64,000 nt of DNA from an uncultured Chloroflexia bacterium (GTDB lineage: Bacteria; Chloroflexota; Limnocylindria; Limnocylindrales; CSP1-4), in contig CAVVCZ010000005.1 in assembly GCA_963746845.1 (NCBI GenBank), positions 256,001 through 320,000 of the forward strand, given 5' to 3'. Position 1 is the stretch's first letter. Each line of letters opens with the position of its first letter. The position numbers and the translations under genes are program-made. Shown here piece by piece: positions 39,267 to 50,652 of this stretch. The notes beneath the pieces were generated by a model. It searched no databases. It was not told where the DNA came from and saw nothing but the letters and a program-made list of their open reading frames with translations.

Positions 39267-39554
39267 TCACGCGGGCTTGAGCTCGTCGACGGCCGCGCGC
39301 GCCGCCGCCTTGTCCGTGTACCAGGTGGCGTCGATCTTCGTGTAGTTCGCCCACTCGGTCGGCAGCGACTCCTCGGGGAAGATCGCGTTCACCGGACACT
39401 CGGGCTCGCAGGCGCCACAGTCGATGCACTCGTTCGGGTCGATGAAGAGCTTCCGGTCCGTGCCTTCCTCGTAATGGATGCAGTCGACCGGGCAGACCGA
39501 GACGCACGAGATGTCGAGCACATCGATGCACGGCTCGGCGATCACATAGGCCAT
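39267..39554 (-). CDS. fdxA: Dicluster (7Fe-type) ferredoxin
   Basis: MAYVIAEPC...CVSVCPVDCI...CIDCGACEPECP. Confidence 0.92.
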   Translation of the reverse strand: MAYVIAEPCIDVLDISCVSVCPVDCIHYEEGTDRKLFIDPNECIDCGACEPECPVNAIFPEESLPTEWANYTKIDATWYTDKAAARAAVDELKPA

Positions 39555-40153
39555 GGGGTTCGTTCTCCTCGACCCGCGAGCTCCACTGGCGCCGCCCCGA
39601 TGGCGGGCCCGAATCCTAGCACCGAGCCACGCGACGACGACACGGGTACGGACGCGGACGGCAGGCCCGCCCCACCGGCGACGACCACGCTCGCGCGCAT
39701 CCCCTTCTCCCAGTGGCTCGGGATGTGACAGCCGAGCAGGAGCCGGCTGACCTCCGCGGCGGTCGGCGGCACGTTCCACGTCACGTCCACGCGCTGCCCG
39801 GACGGGACGACGACGCGGATGCCGGCGACGTCCGGCGGGACGCTCACCGCGGGCGTGGGTCCGGGCGGCGCGTCGACCGTGGCCAGCTCGGCGGCCTCCC
39901 ATGCGTCCTGGACGGCCTGGTCGCCGATCACCAGCTCGTGGATCTCGAGGCCGCCGTTCACGACGTGGAGGAGCACCGTCTCGCCGGGCACGACGTCGAC
40001 CGGGTCGGGCAGGAAGATCCAGTCCTTCAGGACGATGTTCACCTCGCGCGGCGTCGTCGACGAGCCCGGCGTGATCGGCGGGGTCGCGGGCGGGGCGCCG
40101 GCGTCGCACGCCACGAGGACGCAGGCGATCACGACGAGGAGGAGGGTGCGCAC
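39542..40153 (-). CDS. Cupredoxin-like lipoprotein (C-terminal tail uncertain)
   Basis: Lipobox LVAC; HELVIG...CHIPSHWEKGM type-1 Cu motif. Confidence 0.8.
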   Translation of the reverse strand: MRTLLLVVIACVLVACDAGAPPATPPITPGSSTTPREVNIVLKDWIFLPDPVDVVPGETVLLHVVNGGLEIHELVIGDQAVQDAWEAAELATVDAPPGPTPAVSVPPDVAGIRVVVPSGQRVDVTWNVPPTAAEVSRLLLGCHIPSHWEKGMRASVVVAGGAGLPSASVPVSSSRGSVLGFGPAIGAAPVELAGRGERTPWPM

Positions 40154-40228
40154 GGCGGGAGTCTAGGGTCAGGTCGGCCGACGCGGCGTCGCGCGGGGCA
40201 CGTCCGCCGGGCCCTCATCTGAGCGACG

Positions 40229-40382
40229 GCCATGCGCATGGCGCGGCAAACGACGTCCGAACGGCCTGTCGACGCGTTCGGGGCCCCGAATTCGCGGTCT
40301 CAGGCGCCGAATCAGGCGCTGAGCGCCTGAGCTGGCGCCCGGCGGGCCCGTCGGTCGTCGTTTCAGGCCGTGGGCGCATGGC
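40229..40382. repeat. About 155-nt imperfect rod-like hairpin (intergenic)
   Basis: GCCATGCGC/GCGCATGGC and AAACGACG/CGTCGTTT stems; inner hairpin at 40312-40330. Confidence 0.55.
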
Positions 40383-40583
40383 GAGCCGGCGAGAGCGCCG
40401 GTAGGCGTGCGACACGACGGGCGCCCAACTCGCACGACCGCCCCGCGCGACGAGGGCGCCGATCGGCTTGACACTGGCGCGAGACGCGCCGCACAGTGCG
40501 GCATCGCCCGCGCGGGGGCGCGTGCGTGGTGCCGTCACGCCCGCGCCGGCGGGCCGAGACCCGGACCCAGACCGAGGACTCCG

Positions 40584-41747
40584 TTGGCCGTTCCGAGCCC
40601 GACCACCGTCCCCGTGGACCGATCCGCCGTCACGGCCGACCCGTCCACGCCCTCGGGCGAGGCCGTCCCCGCGGTCCGTCTCGAGGGGCTGACGAAGTCC
40701 TTCGGGAACGACGCCGCGGGTCAGCGGGTCTCGGCGTCGAGCCAGGGGGCGCCCGGGGCGCCATCCCTCGTCGCCGTCGACCACATCGACCTGGACGTCC
40801 GCGACGGCGAGTTCTTCTCGATGCTCGGCCCGTCCGGGTCCGGCAAGACGACGACCCTGCGGATGATCGCGGGGTTCGAGCTGCCGACATCCGGCCGCGT
40901 CCTCCTCCACGGCGTCGACGTCTCGAACCAGCCCCCGTTCCAGCGTGACGTCAACACCGTGTTCCAGGACTACGCGCTCTTCCCGCACATGACGGTCGGG
41001 GACAACGTCGGGTACGGGCTCGTCGTGCGGAAGGTTCCCAAGGACGAGCGCCGGCGTCGCGTCGGCGAGGCGCTCGACATGGTTCGACTCACCGGCTACG
41101 AGGGACGCAAGCCGGGACAGCTCTCTGGTGGCCAGCGACAGCGTGTCGCGCTGGCCCGGGCGCTCGTCAATCGACCGCGCGTGCTGCTCCTCGACGAGCC
41201 GCTGGGCGCGCTCGACCTGAAGCTCCGGGAGGAGATGCAGATCGAGCTCAAGGGGATCCAGCAGCAGGTCGGAATCACGTTCATCTACGTCACCCACGAC
41301 CAGGAAGAAGCGCTCACGATGAGCGACCGCCTGGCCGTCTTCAATCGCGGGAGGATCGAGCAGGTCGGGGCTCCCGCGGACGTCTACGAGCGACCGGCGA
41401 CGGCATTCGTGGCCGGGTTCGTGGGGACCTCCAATCTGCTCTCGGGCGAGGTCGCCCGATCCATCGCCGGTCAGGAGGGGACGTTCACCGTCCGCCCCGA
41501 GAAGATCCGCCTGGCCGAGCCGGAGGACCCGGTCTCGGCGGATGAGGTGTCGGCGCTGGGCCGCATCCGGAGCGTCGTCTACCTCGGGCCGGACACGCGC
41601 TATGTCGTGACGCTCGACGCGGGGACCGAGCTCGTCGTCACCCAGCAGAACCTCGCCACCTCGTCGATGGATGCCCTCGCCCTCGAAGGGAAGGCCGTCC
41701 GCCTGATCTGGAATCGCCAGCACACGTTCGCGATCACCGCAGCTTGA
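40584..41747 (+). CDS. potA: Polyamine ABC transporter ATPase (PotA-like)
   Basis: [21 protein letters not shown] and TOBE domain; TTG start after GAGGA. Confidence 0.9.
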   Translation: MAVPSPTTVPVDRSAVTADPSTPSGEAVPAVRLEGLTKSFGNDAAGQRVSASSQGAPGAPSLVAVDHIDLDVRDGEFFSMLGPSGSGKTTTLRMIAGFELPTSGRVLLHGVDVSNQPPFQRDVNTVFQDYALFPHMTVGDNVGYGLVVRKVPKDERRRRVGEALDMVRLTGYEGRKPGQLSGGQRQRVALARALVNRPRVLLLDEPLGALDLKLREEMQIELKGIQQQVGITFIYVTHDQEEALTMSDRLAVFNRGRIEQVGAPADVYERPATAFVAGFVGTSNLLSGEVARSIAGQEGTFTVRPEKIRLAEPEDPVSADEVSALGRIRSVVYLGPDTRYVVTLDAGTELVVTQQNLATSSMDALALEGKAVRLIWNRQHTFAITAA

Positions 41748-41761
41748 GGAGGAGCAGCAGC

Positions 41762-43054
41762 GTGAAGATCCGGCAATCCCTGGCCGCGGCGGCAAGCCTC
41801 GGCATCGTCCTCGCCGCCTGTTCGGGCGGCGCCACCCCATCGCCCGCTGCACCGAGCGCCGCGGCACCCAGCGCCGCCGCGCCGAGCGCGGTGGCCCCGA
41901 GCGGGGTTGCGCCCTCGGCGGCAGCACCGAGCGTCGCCCTGCCGACCGCGATCGGGCCCGGCGAGGGCGAGCTCGACATCGTCATCTGGGGCGGATACGC
42001 CGAGGACGGATCGAACGTCAAGGAATACGACTGGGTCAATCCGTTCATCGCCGCCAACCCGGACTGCGGCAAGGTCAACGCGAAGCCGGCCGACACCTCC
42101 GACGCGATGGTCCAGCTGATGAAGGACGGCGGCGGCGGCCAGTGGGACGGCGTGTCGGCGTCCGGCGACGCGACGCTGACGTTGATCAACCGAGGCGATG
42201 TCAGCCCGGTCAATGTCGATCTGATCCCGGACTTCAAGGACATCAGCCCCTTCCTCCAGTCGCCCGCCCACAACACCATCAACGGCATCCACTACGGCGT
42301 GTCGCACGGCTGGGGCGGAAACACGCTGATGTGGCGGACCGACATCGTGAAGCCCGAACCGACGAGCTGGGACGCGGTGTTCGACCCGGCCAAGATGGAG
42401 CCGTACAAGGGCAAGGTGACCGCCTATGACGGGTCGATCTATGTCGCGGACGCGGCCCTCTATCTGAAGGCGAAGAACCCCGCGCTCGGGATCACCGATC
42501 CGTACGAGCTCACCCAGGACCAGTTCAACGCGGCGATCGACGCGCTGAAGACCCAGCACCAGTACATCGGCAAGTACTGGGCCGGTTATGCGGACGAGAT
42601 CGACAACTTCACGAGCGGCGCGACGGTGGTCGGGACGACCTGGCCATACCAGACCACCACCTTGAACGGGGCGAAGGTGCCCGTGAAGGCGATCGTGCCG
42701 ACCGAGGGGATGACCGGCTGGGCCGACACGTGGATGCTGGCCTCGAAGGCGAAGCACCCGAACTGCATGTACAAGTGGATGGCCTGGATCGTCACTCCCC
42801 ACGTGCAGACGATGATCGCCGAGTCGTACGGCGAGGCTCCGGCCAACCCGAAGGCATGCACGGAGCTCGACAAGGGCTTCGGCCCGTATGCCGTGCCGAA
42901 CTTCTGCACGGTCTATGGCGTGAACGACGAGAAGTTCTACAGCTCGATCAGCTTCTGGAAGACACCCCTCGCGGACTGCGGCGACAGCCGCGGCCAGACC
43001 TGCGTCCCCTATGACCAGTGGGTGACGCAGTACCAGGGCGTCAAGGCCGGCTAG
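41762..43054 (+). CDS. Polyamine ABC substrate-binding lipoprotein (PotD/YdcS-like)
   Basis: Lipobox LAAC, APSA linker, EG.TGWADTWM. Confidence 0.88.
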   Translation: MKIRQSLAAAASLGIVLAACSGGATPSPAAPSAAAPSAAAPSAVAPSGVAPSAAAPSVALPTAIGPGEGELDIVIWGGYAEDGSNVKEYDWVNPFIAANPDCGKVNAKPADTSDAMVQLMKDGGGGQWDGVSASGDATLTLINRGDVSPVNVDLIPDFKDISPFLQSPAHNTINGIHYGVSHGWGGNTLMWRTDIVKPEPTSWDAVFDPAKMEPYKGKVTAYDGSIYVADAALYLKAKNPALGITDPYELTQDQFNAAIDALKTQHQYIGKYWAGYADEIDNFTSGATVVGTTWPYQTTTLNGAKVPVKAIVPTEGMTGWADTWMLASKAKHPNCMYKWMAWIVTPHVQTMIAESYGEAPANPKACTELDKGFGPYAVPNFCTVYGVNDEKFYSSISFWKTPLADCGDSRGQTCVPYDQWVTQYQGVKAG

Positions 43055-43106
43055 GCGGAGCGATCGCGGCCGCCCCCGATCGGCGGGCGGCCGCTCGCAC
43101 CTCCCC

Positions 43107-44045
43107 ATGACCGCGTCGAGCCCGACCGCGCCGCCACCATCGGCCGGCCCCGGAGTCGCTGCGATCCCGGCGGCGGCCGGGCGACGACGCCTGCTCATCG
43201 GGCTGTACCGGCGTCCGCGGATCGTCCTGGGCCTGCTCCTGACGCCGCCGGTCGGGTGGTTCGGTGTCGTCTATCTCGGCTCGCTGGCCCTGCTGCTCGT
43301 GTCGGCCTTCTGGACGTTCGACAGCGCCTCGGGCAAGGTCCTGCCCCAGTTCACGCTGGACAACTTCCGGCAGCTCCTCGAGCAGCCCGCCTTCCGGACC
43401 GTGACGCTCCGGACCGTCGGTTTCGCGATCGGCGTCACGATCGCGGACATGCTGATCGCCTTCCCGATCGCCTACTACATGGCGCGGGCGGCGGGTCCGC
43501 GGACGCGTTCTGTCCTGTTCATGCTCTGTCTGCTGCCCTTGGGGGCGAGCTATCTCGTTCGCGTCTTTGCCTGGCGCGTCATCCTCGCACCGAACGGTCC
43601 ACTCGACTGGTTCCTCGCCTTCTTCGGGCTCGGGCCGACCGGTCTGTATCCGTCCGATCTCGGCGCCGGCATCGTCCTCACCTACGTCTGGCTGCCGTAC
43701 ATGATCCTGCCGCTCTACGCGGGGCTCGAGCGAGTGCCGCACTCCCTGCTCGAAGCGAGCGCCGACCTTGGCGGCCGGGGCGTCATGACCTTCCGCCGCG
43801 TCACGTTTCCCCTCATCCTCCCGTCGCTGGTCGCGGGCTCGATCTTCACTTTCTCATTGACCCTCGGCGACTACATCACGCCGAGCCTGCTCTCGAAGAA
43901 CCAGTTCATCGGCAATGTGATCTTCGAGCAGCAGGGCGTCGCGGGGAACGTTCCGCTGGCGGCCGCCTACACCTTCGTCCCGATCGTGATCATGGGGATC
44001 TACCTCACCGTCGCCCGTCGGCTCGGCGCGTTCGAGGCGCTGTGA
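43107..44045 (+). CDS. Polyamine ABC permease (PotB-like)
   Basis: SYLVRVFAW; EASADLG EAA loop. Confidence 0.9.
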   Translation: MTASSPTAPPPSAGPGVAAIPAAAGRRRLLIGLYRRPRIVLGLLLTPPVGWFGVVYLGSLALLLVSAFWTFDSASGKVLPQFTLDNFRQLLEQPAFRTVTLRTVGFAIGVTIADMLIAFPIAYYMARAAGPRTRSVLFMLCLLPLGASYLVRVFAWRVILAPNGPLDWFLAFFGLGPTGLYPSDLGAGIVLTYVWLPYMILPLYAGLERVPHSLLEASADLGGRGVMTFRRVTFPLILPSLVAGSIFTFSLTLGDYITPSLLSKNQFIGNVIFEQQGVAGNVPLAAAYTFVPIVIMGIYLTVARRLGAFEAL

Positions 44046-44833
44046 TGGGCCGCTGGCTGCTCCGGATCGCGACGGCGGGCGTCCTCGCCTTCCTGTACAT
44101 CCCGATCTTCATCATCGCCCTGTATGCGTTCAACGCCCAGCGGGTCCAGGTCTGGCCGATCAAGGAGTTCAGCACCGAGTGGTTCGCGGTCACGTTCCAG
44201 AACGAGTCCGTCCGCGCGGCGCTCCTGCTCTCGCTCGAGGTGGCGGTGCTCGCGAGCCTCGTGGCCGTGATCCTCGGGTCACTCACCGCGTTCGCGATCC
44301 ACCGGTTCCACTTCTTCGGCCGAACCTCGCTGAGCCTGCTGCTCGTCCTCCCGATCGCGCTGCCGGGCATCGTCACGGGCCTCGCGCTGAACGCGACCTT
44401 CCGGACGACGGGCATCGGGTTCTCGACCCTCACGATCGTCATCGGGCACGCCACGTTCTGCATCGTCGTCGTCTACAACAACGTGATCGCCCGTCTGCGG
44501 CGGACCTCACGGAACATCGAGGAGGCGTCCATGGATCTGGGCGCCGATAGCGCCCAGACGTTCCGCTACATCACGTTCCCGGTCGTGCGAACCGCTCTGT
44601 TCGCCGGGGCATTGCTGGCGTTCGCTCTGTCGTTCGACGAGATCGTCGTCACGACCTTCACCGCGGGCGCACAGGAAACCGTGCCGATCTGGATCTACGA
44701 TCGGATCCTTCATCAGCCGAACCAGCGGCCGCTGGTGAACGTCGTCGCGCTCGTGCTGATCCTGCTCTCGACGATCCCGGTCTACATCGCGTCGCGCCTG
44801 ACCACGGGGACGACCGCCGCCGGTCGCACCTGA
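44045..44833 (+). CDS. Polyamine ABC permease (PotC-like)
   Basis: FLYIPI; EEASMDLGA; LSFDE. Confidence 0.9.
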   Translation: MGRWLLRIATAGVLAFLYIPIFIIALYAFNAQRVQVWPIKEFSTEWFAVTFQNESVRAALLLSLEVAVLASLVAVILGSLTAFAIHRFHFFGRTSLSLLLVLPIALPGIVTGLALNATFRTTGIGFSTLTIVIGHATFCIVVVYNNVIARLRRTSRNIEEASMDLGADSAQTFRYITFPVVRTALFAGALLAFALSFDEIVVTTFTAGAQETVPIWIYDRILHQPNQRPLVNVVALVLILLSTIPVYIASRLTTGTTAAGRT

Positions 44834-44845
44834 TCCGACGATGGG

Positions 44846-44947
44846 TCAGTGGCCCCAGCGCTGACCGGCCTCCGCGGCGAGGGCGATCGCGGCGACGATC
44901 GCGAGGGGCAGCGCGACCCGCGCGGCGGTGGTAATCCGGCTGAGCAT
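44846..44947 (-). CDS. Small peptide MLSRITTAARVALPLAIVAAIALAAEAGQRWGH (33 aa)
   Basis: GGAGGAG RBS; signal-peptide shape; shares EAGQRW with 31358-31456; absent from the ORF track. Confidence 0.8.
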   Translation of the reverse strand: MLSRITTAARVALPLAIVAAIALAAEAGQRWGH

Positions 44948-45065
44948 CTCGATGACTCCTCCGGCCGAGGCCGGCCTTCCGGCGTCGAACCCCTTCGAGG
45001 AGTGCCCGGTCCAGGAACGCCATGGCCAGTCTGGCCGACGACGCTTATCCGGCGGTCACCGGTGC

Positions 45066-45236
45066 CTACATCGCGGGCTCGTACTCCGGGTCCAGGAACC
45101 GCTCCGGGTCGTCCCGGAACTCGAGGTAGCAGCCGCGGCCGCAGAACCAGTACGTGGTCCCATCGTGCTCGATCTTGAGGTCGGTCGTCGTGGTGTCGAC
45201 GTCCATCCCGCAGACCGGATCCTTCTCGATCGTCAT
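45066..45236 (-). CDS. YHS/TRASH domain protein (56 aa)
   Basis: DPVCGM...YWFCGRGC..EF..DPERF. Confidence 0.9.
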   Translation of the reverse strand: MTIEKDPVCGMDVDTTTTDLKIEHDGTTYWFCGRGCYLEFRDDPERFLDPEYEPAM

Positions 45237-45255
45237 GTGGACAACTCCCGCTGGG

Positions 45256-45270
45256 TACTCCCGGGGAGTA
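45256..45270. promoter_or_regulatory. Second CsoR-like operator
   Basis: TACTCCC-G-GGGAGTA followed by TA; matches the copA operator at 13/15 positions. Confidence 0.75.
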
Positions 45271-45293
45271 TATCGGACAGGTACCATTCCGCC

Positions 45294-45632
45294 GTGCCCG
45301 AGCCCCGTTCCGCCGCCCGTGTCGCCCTGGTCGCCGAGCGTGACCGGCTGCGCGCCGAGGTGGCCGAGGGGATCGTCGCCCCGGGGCCGATGACCTACGG
45401 GTCGCAGGCGGCCGCCGCCAGCCAGGTCTTCGAGCAGCAGCGCGACCTCGCGTTGCGCGAGCGGAACGAGCACCAGCTCGTCGCCGTCGAGGCGGCCATC
45501 GAGCGGCTGGACGACGGGACGTACGGAACCTGCGCTCGGTGCGGAGGGCCGATCGCACCCGAGCGTCTCGAGGCCCTGCCATGGGCCGCCCACTGCATCG
45601 ACTGCCAGCGGATCGTGGGTCGCGGTGGCTGA
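45294..45632 (+). CDS. TraR/DksA C4 zinc-finger protein
   Basis: GTYGTCARCG..I..ERLEALPWA..CIDC; TACCAT lies 6 nt upstream of the GTG. Confidence 0.88.
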   Translation: MPEPRSAARVALVAERDRLRAEVAEGIVAPGPMTYGSQAAAASQVFEQQRDLALRERNEHQLVAVEAAIERLDDGTYGTCARCGGPIAPERLEALPWAAHCIDCQRIVGRGG

Positions 45633-46656
45633 GCTCGCAGCGCGGGCCGCCGGCGCAGCCACGGCGACGCACCCGCTCGTCACGATCGACGACGTCCGCG
45701 CGGCTGCGGCGACGCTCCGCGGGGTCGCGGCCCGAACGCCGCTCGTCCCGTTCGGGCCGCCGGCCGACCGACGCTTCCTGAAGGCCGAGTCGCTCCAGCC
45801 GATCGGCGCGTTCAAGATCCGCGGCGCCTATGTGGCGGTGGCATCGCTCTCGGTGGCGGAACGCGCGCGCGGCGTCATCACGTACTCCTCCGGCAATCAC
45901 GCCCAGGGTGTGGCCCGGGCGGCGCGGCTGCTCGGCGCTCCGGCCGTCGTCGTCATGCCATCCGACGCACCGGCCCTGAAGCGAGCCCGCGTGGAGGCCG
46001 ACGGCGCGGAGGTCGTCGTCGTCGGGCCGTCGAGCGACGAGCGGCGCGTCGTCGCCGAGCGGATCGCCGCCGAGCGCGGCCTCGTGATCATCCCGCCGTT
46101 CGACGACGACCGGATCATCGCCGGACAGGGCACCGTCGGGCTGGAGATCGCCGAGGACCTGCCGGACGTGGCGGCGGTCCTCGTGCCGATCGGCGGCGGC
46201 GGGCTGGCGAGCGGGATCGCCGTCGCGGTCAAGGCGCTCGTGCCGGGCGCGCGGGTGATCGGCGTCGAGCCCGAGCTGGCCGCCGACGCGCGGCAGTCGC
46301 TCCGCGAGGGCCGTGTGGTCCGCTGGGCGGCCGCCGACGTCTCGCGGACGATCGCCGACGGGACCCGGACGACCGCGATCGGCGAGCGCAACTTCGCCCA
46401 CCTGTCCGCGCTCCTCGACGACATCGTGACCGTCACGGAGGACGAGATCGCGGCGGCGGTGCGGCTCACCGCCGAGGAGAGTCGGCTCGTCGTGGAGCCG
46501 TCCGGCGCGCTCTCGGTCGCCGCCATGGCGTTCCACTCGGCCGAAGCCGGCCTGGCCGGCGTCGACGGCCCGGTCGTCGCGGTGATCTCGGGCGGCAACG
46601 TGGATCCCGAGCGTTACCGCGCCTTCCTCGAGGCGCCGATCCCGCCGCGCGGCTGA
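45625..46656 (+). CDS. Threonine/serine dehydratase (no regulatory domain)
   Basis: AFKIRGA, SSGNHAQG, GGGGL and SGGN motifs. Confidence 0.92.
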   Translation: MAELAARAAGAATATHPLVTIDDVRAAAATLRGVAARTPLVPFGPPADRRFLKAESLQPIGAFKIRGAYVAVASLSVAERARGVITYSSGNHAQGVARAARLLGAPAVVVMPSDAPALKRARVEADGAEVVVVGPSSDERRVVAERIAAERGLVIIPPFDDDRIIAGQGTVGLEIAEDLPDVAAVLVPIGGGGLASGIAVAVKALVPGARVIGVEPELAADARQSLREGRVVRWAAADVSRTIADGTRTTAIGERNFAHLSALLDDIVTVTEDEIAAAVRLTAEESRLVVEPSGALSVAAMAFHSAEAGLAGVDGPVVAVISGGNVDPERYRAFLEAPIPPRG

Positions 46657-46671
46657 TGAGCGCGCCGAGCG

Positions 46672-47703
46672 CTAGGGGCGCGCCTCCCGCTCCGCCGCCA
46701 TCCGCTCCGCCAGCTGGGCCTCACGGACCCGGATCGCGGCCCGCTCCGTATCGACCCGCCGGTCGACCGCCGCCTCCTCCCGTTTCTCGTGGGCCATCCA
46801 GCCCGCGATGATCGCGGCCATCGCGGACAGGAAGAGGATGTCGCCGCAGATCCACATCAGCCCGCCGGCGAGCTGCTGGTCCTCGAGCGCCGTCGGTCCC
46901 CACGAGCGGGACAGCGTCGCGTAGTGCGTGTACAGCACGACCGCCGAGTTCAGGATCGTCACCGCGAGGAACGTGTTCTGGGGCATCTGCAGGAACACGT
47001 ACATCGCCCGGACCGGGTGGCTCATCCGCCACGGGCTCGGGTCGAGCCCGACGGCCGGCCACCAGAACAGCAGCCCGGCGACGAGGAACAGCAGGTGCTC
47101 GAGATCGTGGATCGCCGGGTTCTCGAGCGCCGCGTCGAACAGCGGCGAGAAGTGGGCCCACCACATGACCCCGGCGAACAGGAGCCACGTCACGACCGGG
47201 AACGTGATCGCCCGCATGACCCGCGAGTGGAGGATCGGGAGGATCACGCGCTGGCGGACGTTGGGGGTCGACACGCGGAGGAGCAGCGTGATCGGCGCAC
47301 CGAGGGCGATCAGCGGCGCGGCGACGAGCGTCAGCAGCAGGTGCTGGGCCATGTGGACCGAGAACAGCGTCGTGTCGTACTGGTCGATCCCGGACATCAG
47401 GGCGAACGCGATCGCGCCGAGCCCGGCCAGGAAGAACACGGATCGACGCCGCGGCACCGGGTTGGCCGGGTGGGCGCGGTTCACCTGGCGGACGAACCGG
47501 ATCCACACGACTGCGGCAACCCCGAGGGTCAGGACGACCGCGGGCTCGAGCGTCCAGCCGAACAGGATGATCGCCGCGCTGGGCGGCTCCGCGGGCACGG
47601 GACCGTGGGCACTCACCGTGCCGGCCGCGCCGGCCGCCGCCGCGACGCCGAGCACGACGGATCGACCGACGGAGCGGAGGGACGGACGGACGATTAGTGG
47701 CAT
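46672..47703 (-). CDS. ctaG: Caa3_CtaG-type cytochrome oxidase assembly protein
   Basis: FSVHMAQHLLL, HDLEH and DQQLAGGLMW motifs. Confidence 0.88.
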   Translation of the reverse strand: MPLIVRPSLRSVGRSVVLGVAAAAGAAGTVSAHGPVPAEPPSAAIILFGWTLEPAVVLTLGVAAVVWIRFVRQVNRAHPANPVPRRRSVFFLAGLGAIAFALMSGIDQYDTTLFSVHMAQHLLLTLVAAPLIALGAPITLLLRVSTPNVRQRVILPILHSRVMRAITFPVVTWLLFAGVMWWAHFSPLFDAALENPAIHDLEHLLFLVAGLLFWWPAVGLDPSPWRMSHPVRAMYVFLQMPQNTFLAVTILNSAVVLYTHYATLSRSWGPTALEDQQLAGGLMWICGDILFLSAMAAIIAGWMAHEKREEAAVDRRVDTERAAIRVREAQLAERMAAEREARP

Positions 47704-47890
47704 CACCGTCATCGTCGCACGCGGTCCGGGAGGGCGCCGCGCCCGTCCATACGCGAAGGCCCATCCCGTTATCATGGCGATGGTCCGGCCGTAGGGGTCG
47801 GACACGGCCGTCCCCGGCCGACTCCGATCTCCACCAGGCGCCGGCTGCCCTCCACGGGTTCGGCGCGCCGACCGAGTTCGAGGACCGTCG

Positions 47891-49012
47891 ATGTCGACCA
47901 CCCCGAGTAGCAGGCCTTCGTCCACGGCGATCGTCGGCTGGCTCGTGGTCGCAGTCATCGGGCTCGCGCTGGCCGCCCTCGTGGTCCTCAACGCCTCCGC
48001 GATCTGGAACAGCTTCTTCCCGCCCGAGGCGAAGAGCGTCCAGGGCCAGGAGATCCGCAACCTCTACGACATCGTCTTCGGCATCGCCGTCGTGATCTTC
48101 GTCGTCGTCGAGGGCCTGATCGTCTGGTCCGTGATCCGTTACCGGCGCAGGCCGGGCGACAACGAGCTCCCGCCGCAGACCCACGGCAACAACCTCGCCG
48201 AGATCACCTGGACGCTGATCCCGACCGTCATCGTCATCTTCCTGTTCATCGTCTCGTGGCAGACGCTGAACAGCGTCGAGGCGGAGTCGTCGCAGCCGAA
48301 CCTGAAGGTCCGCGCGGTGGCCGGCCAGTTCCAGTGGACGTTCGAGTACCTCCCGGCCGACGCCCAGTCCGACACGAAGGCGCTCTTCACGATCACGACG
48401 CCCCAGGGACCGGACGGCGGGCTCACCTTGCCGGCCGGCCAGACGACCCACCTCTATCTCAAGAGCCCCGACGTCATCCACGCGTTCTACGTCCCGCAGT
48501 TCCTGTTCAAGCGGGACGTCGTGCCGGGCGTCACGAACCAGTTCGATCTCGACATCCCCGCGAGCTCCGCCGGCCAGACGTTCCGTGGCCAGTGCGCCGA
48601 GCTGTGCGGGATCGGTCACGCCGGCATGCTGTTCGACGTCCATGCGGTCACGCCGGCCGAGTTCGACGCGTTCATGCAGAAGCAGATCGCGGCCGCCAAC
48701 GCGACGCCGCCGCCGGCGCCGTCCGGGGGCGGTGGACCCTCGATCCCGATCACGGCCGAGGGCATCAAGTTCGACCAGGCGACGCTCACGGCGCCGGCGG
48801 CCGGGTTCACCATCCACTTCGACAACAAGGACGCGGGCACGCCGCACGACTTCGACATCCTCGACGCGTCGGGCAAGAAGGTCTTCGACAGCCAGCCCTT
48901 CCCCGGCGTGGCCGCGAAGGACGAACCCGTTCCCCCGCTGACGGCGGGGAGCTACAAGTTCGAGTGCTCCGTGCACCCGACCCTGATGTTCGGCACGCTC
49001 ACGGTCCAGTAG
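47891..49012 (+). CDS. coxB: Cytochrome c oxidase subunit II with a C-terminal type-1 cupredoxin domain
   Basis: CuA ligands DVIHAF and CAELCGIGHAGM; tail PHDF...CSVHPTLM. Confidence 0.93.
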   Translation: MSTTPSSRPSSTAIVGWLVVAVIGLALAALVVLNASAIWNSFFPPEAKSVQGQEIRNLYDIVFGIAVVIFVVVEGLIVWSVIRYRRRPGDNELPPQTHGNNLAEITWTLIPTVIVIFLFIVSWQTLNSVEAESSQPNLKVRAVAGQFQWTFEYLPADAQSDTKALFTITTPQGPDGGLTLPAGQTTHLYLKSPDVIHAFYVPQFLFKRDVVPGVTNQFDLDIPASSAGQTFRGQCAELCGIGHAGMLFDVHAVTPAEFDAFMQKQIAAANATPPPAPSGGGGPSIPITAEGIKFDQATLTAPAAGFTIHFDNKDAGTPHDFDILDASGKKVFDSQPFPGVAAKDEPVPPLTAGSYKFECSVHPTLMFGTLTVQ

Positions 49013-49020
49013 GGGAGCTC

Positions 49021-50651
<1,631 letters not shown>

Positions 50652-50652
<1 letters not shown>

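Noticed and set aside
39267-40109. 280-aa ORF suggesting an extended ferredoxin; likewise the 489-aa CBS, 619-aa HppD and 798-aa CoxA ORFs
   Set aside because: Spurious upstream extensions overlapping neighbouring genes; the true starts are internal.
41840-41935. APSAA tandem repeats in the polyamine-binding protein
   Set aside because: Ordinary flexible linker after a lipoprotein anchor.
43059-43099. Hairpin between the binding-protein and permease genes
   Set aside because: Typical mRNA-stabilising or stoichiometry hairpin of ABC operons.
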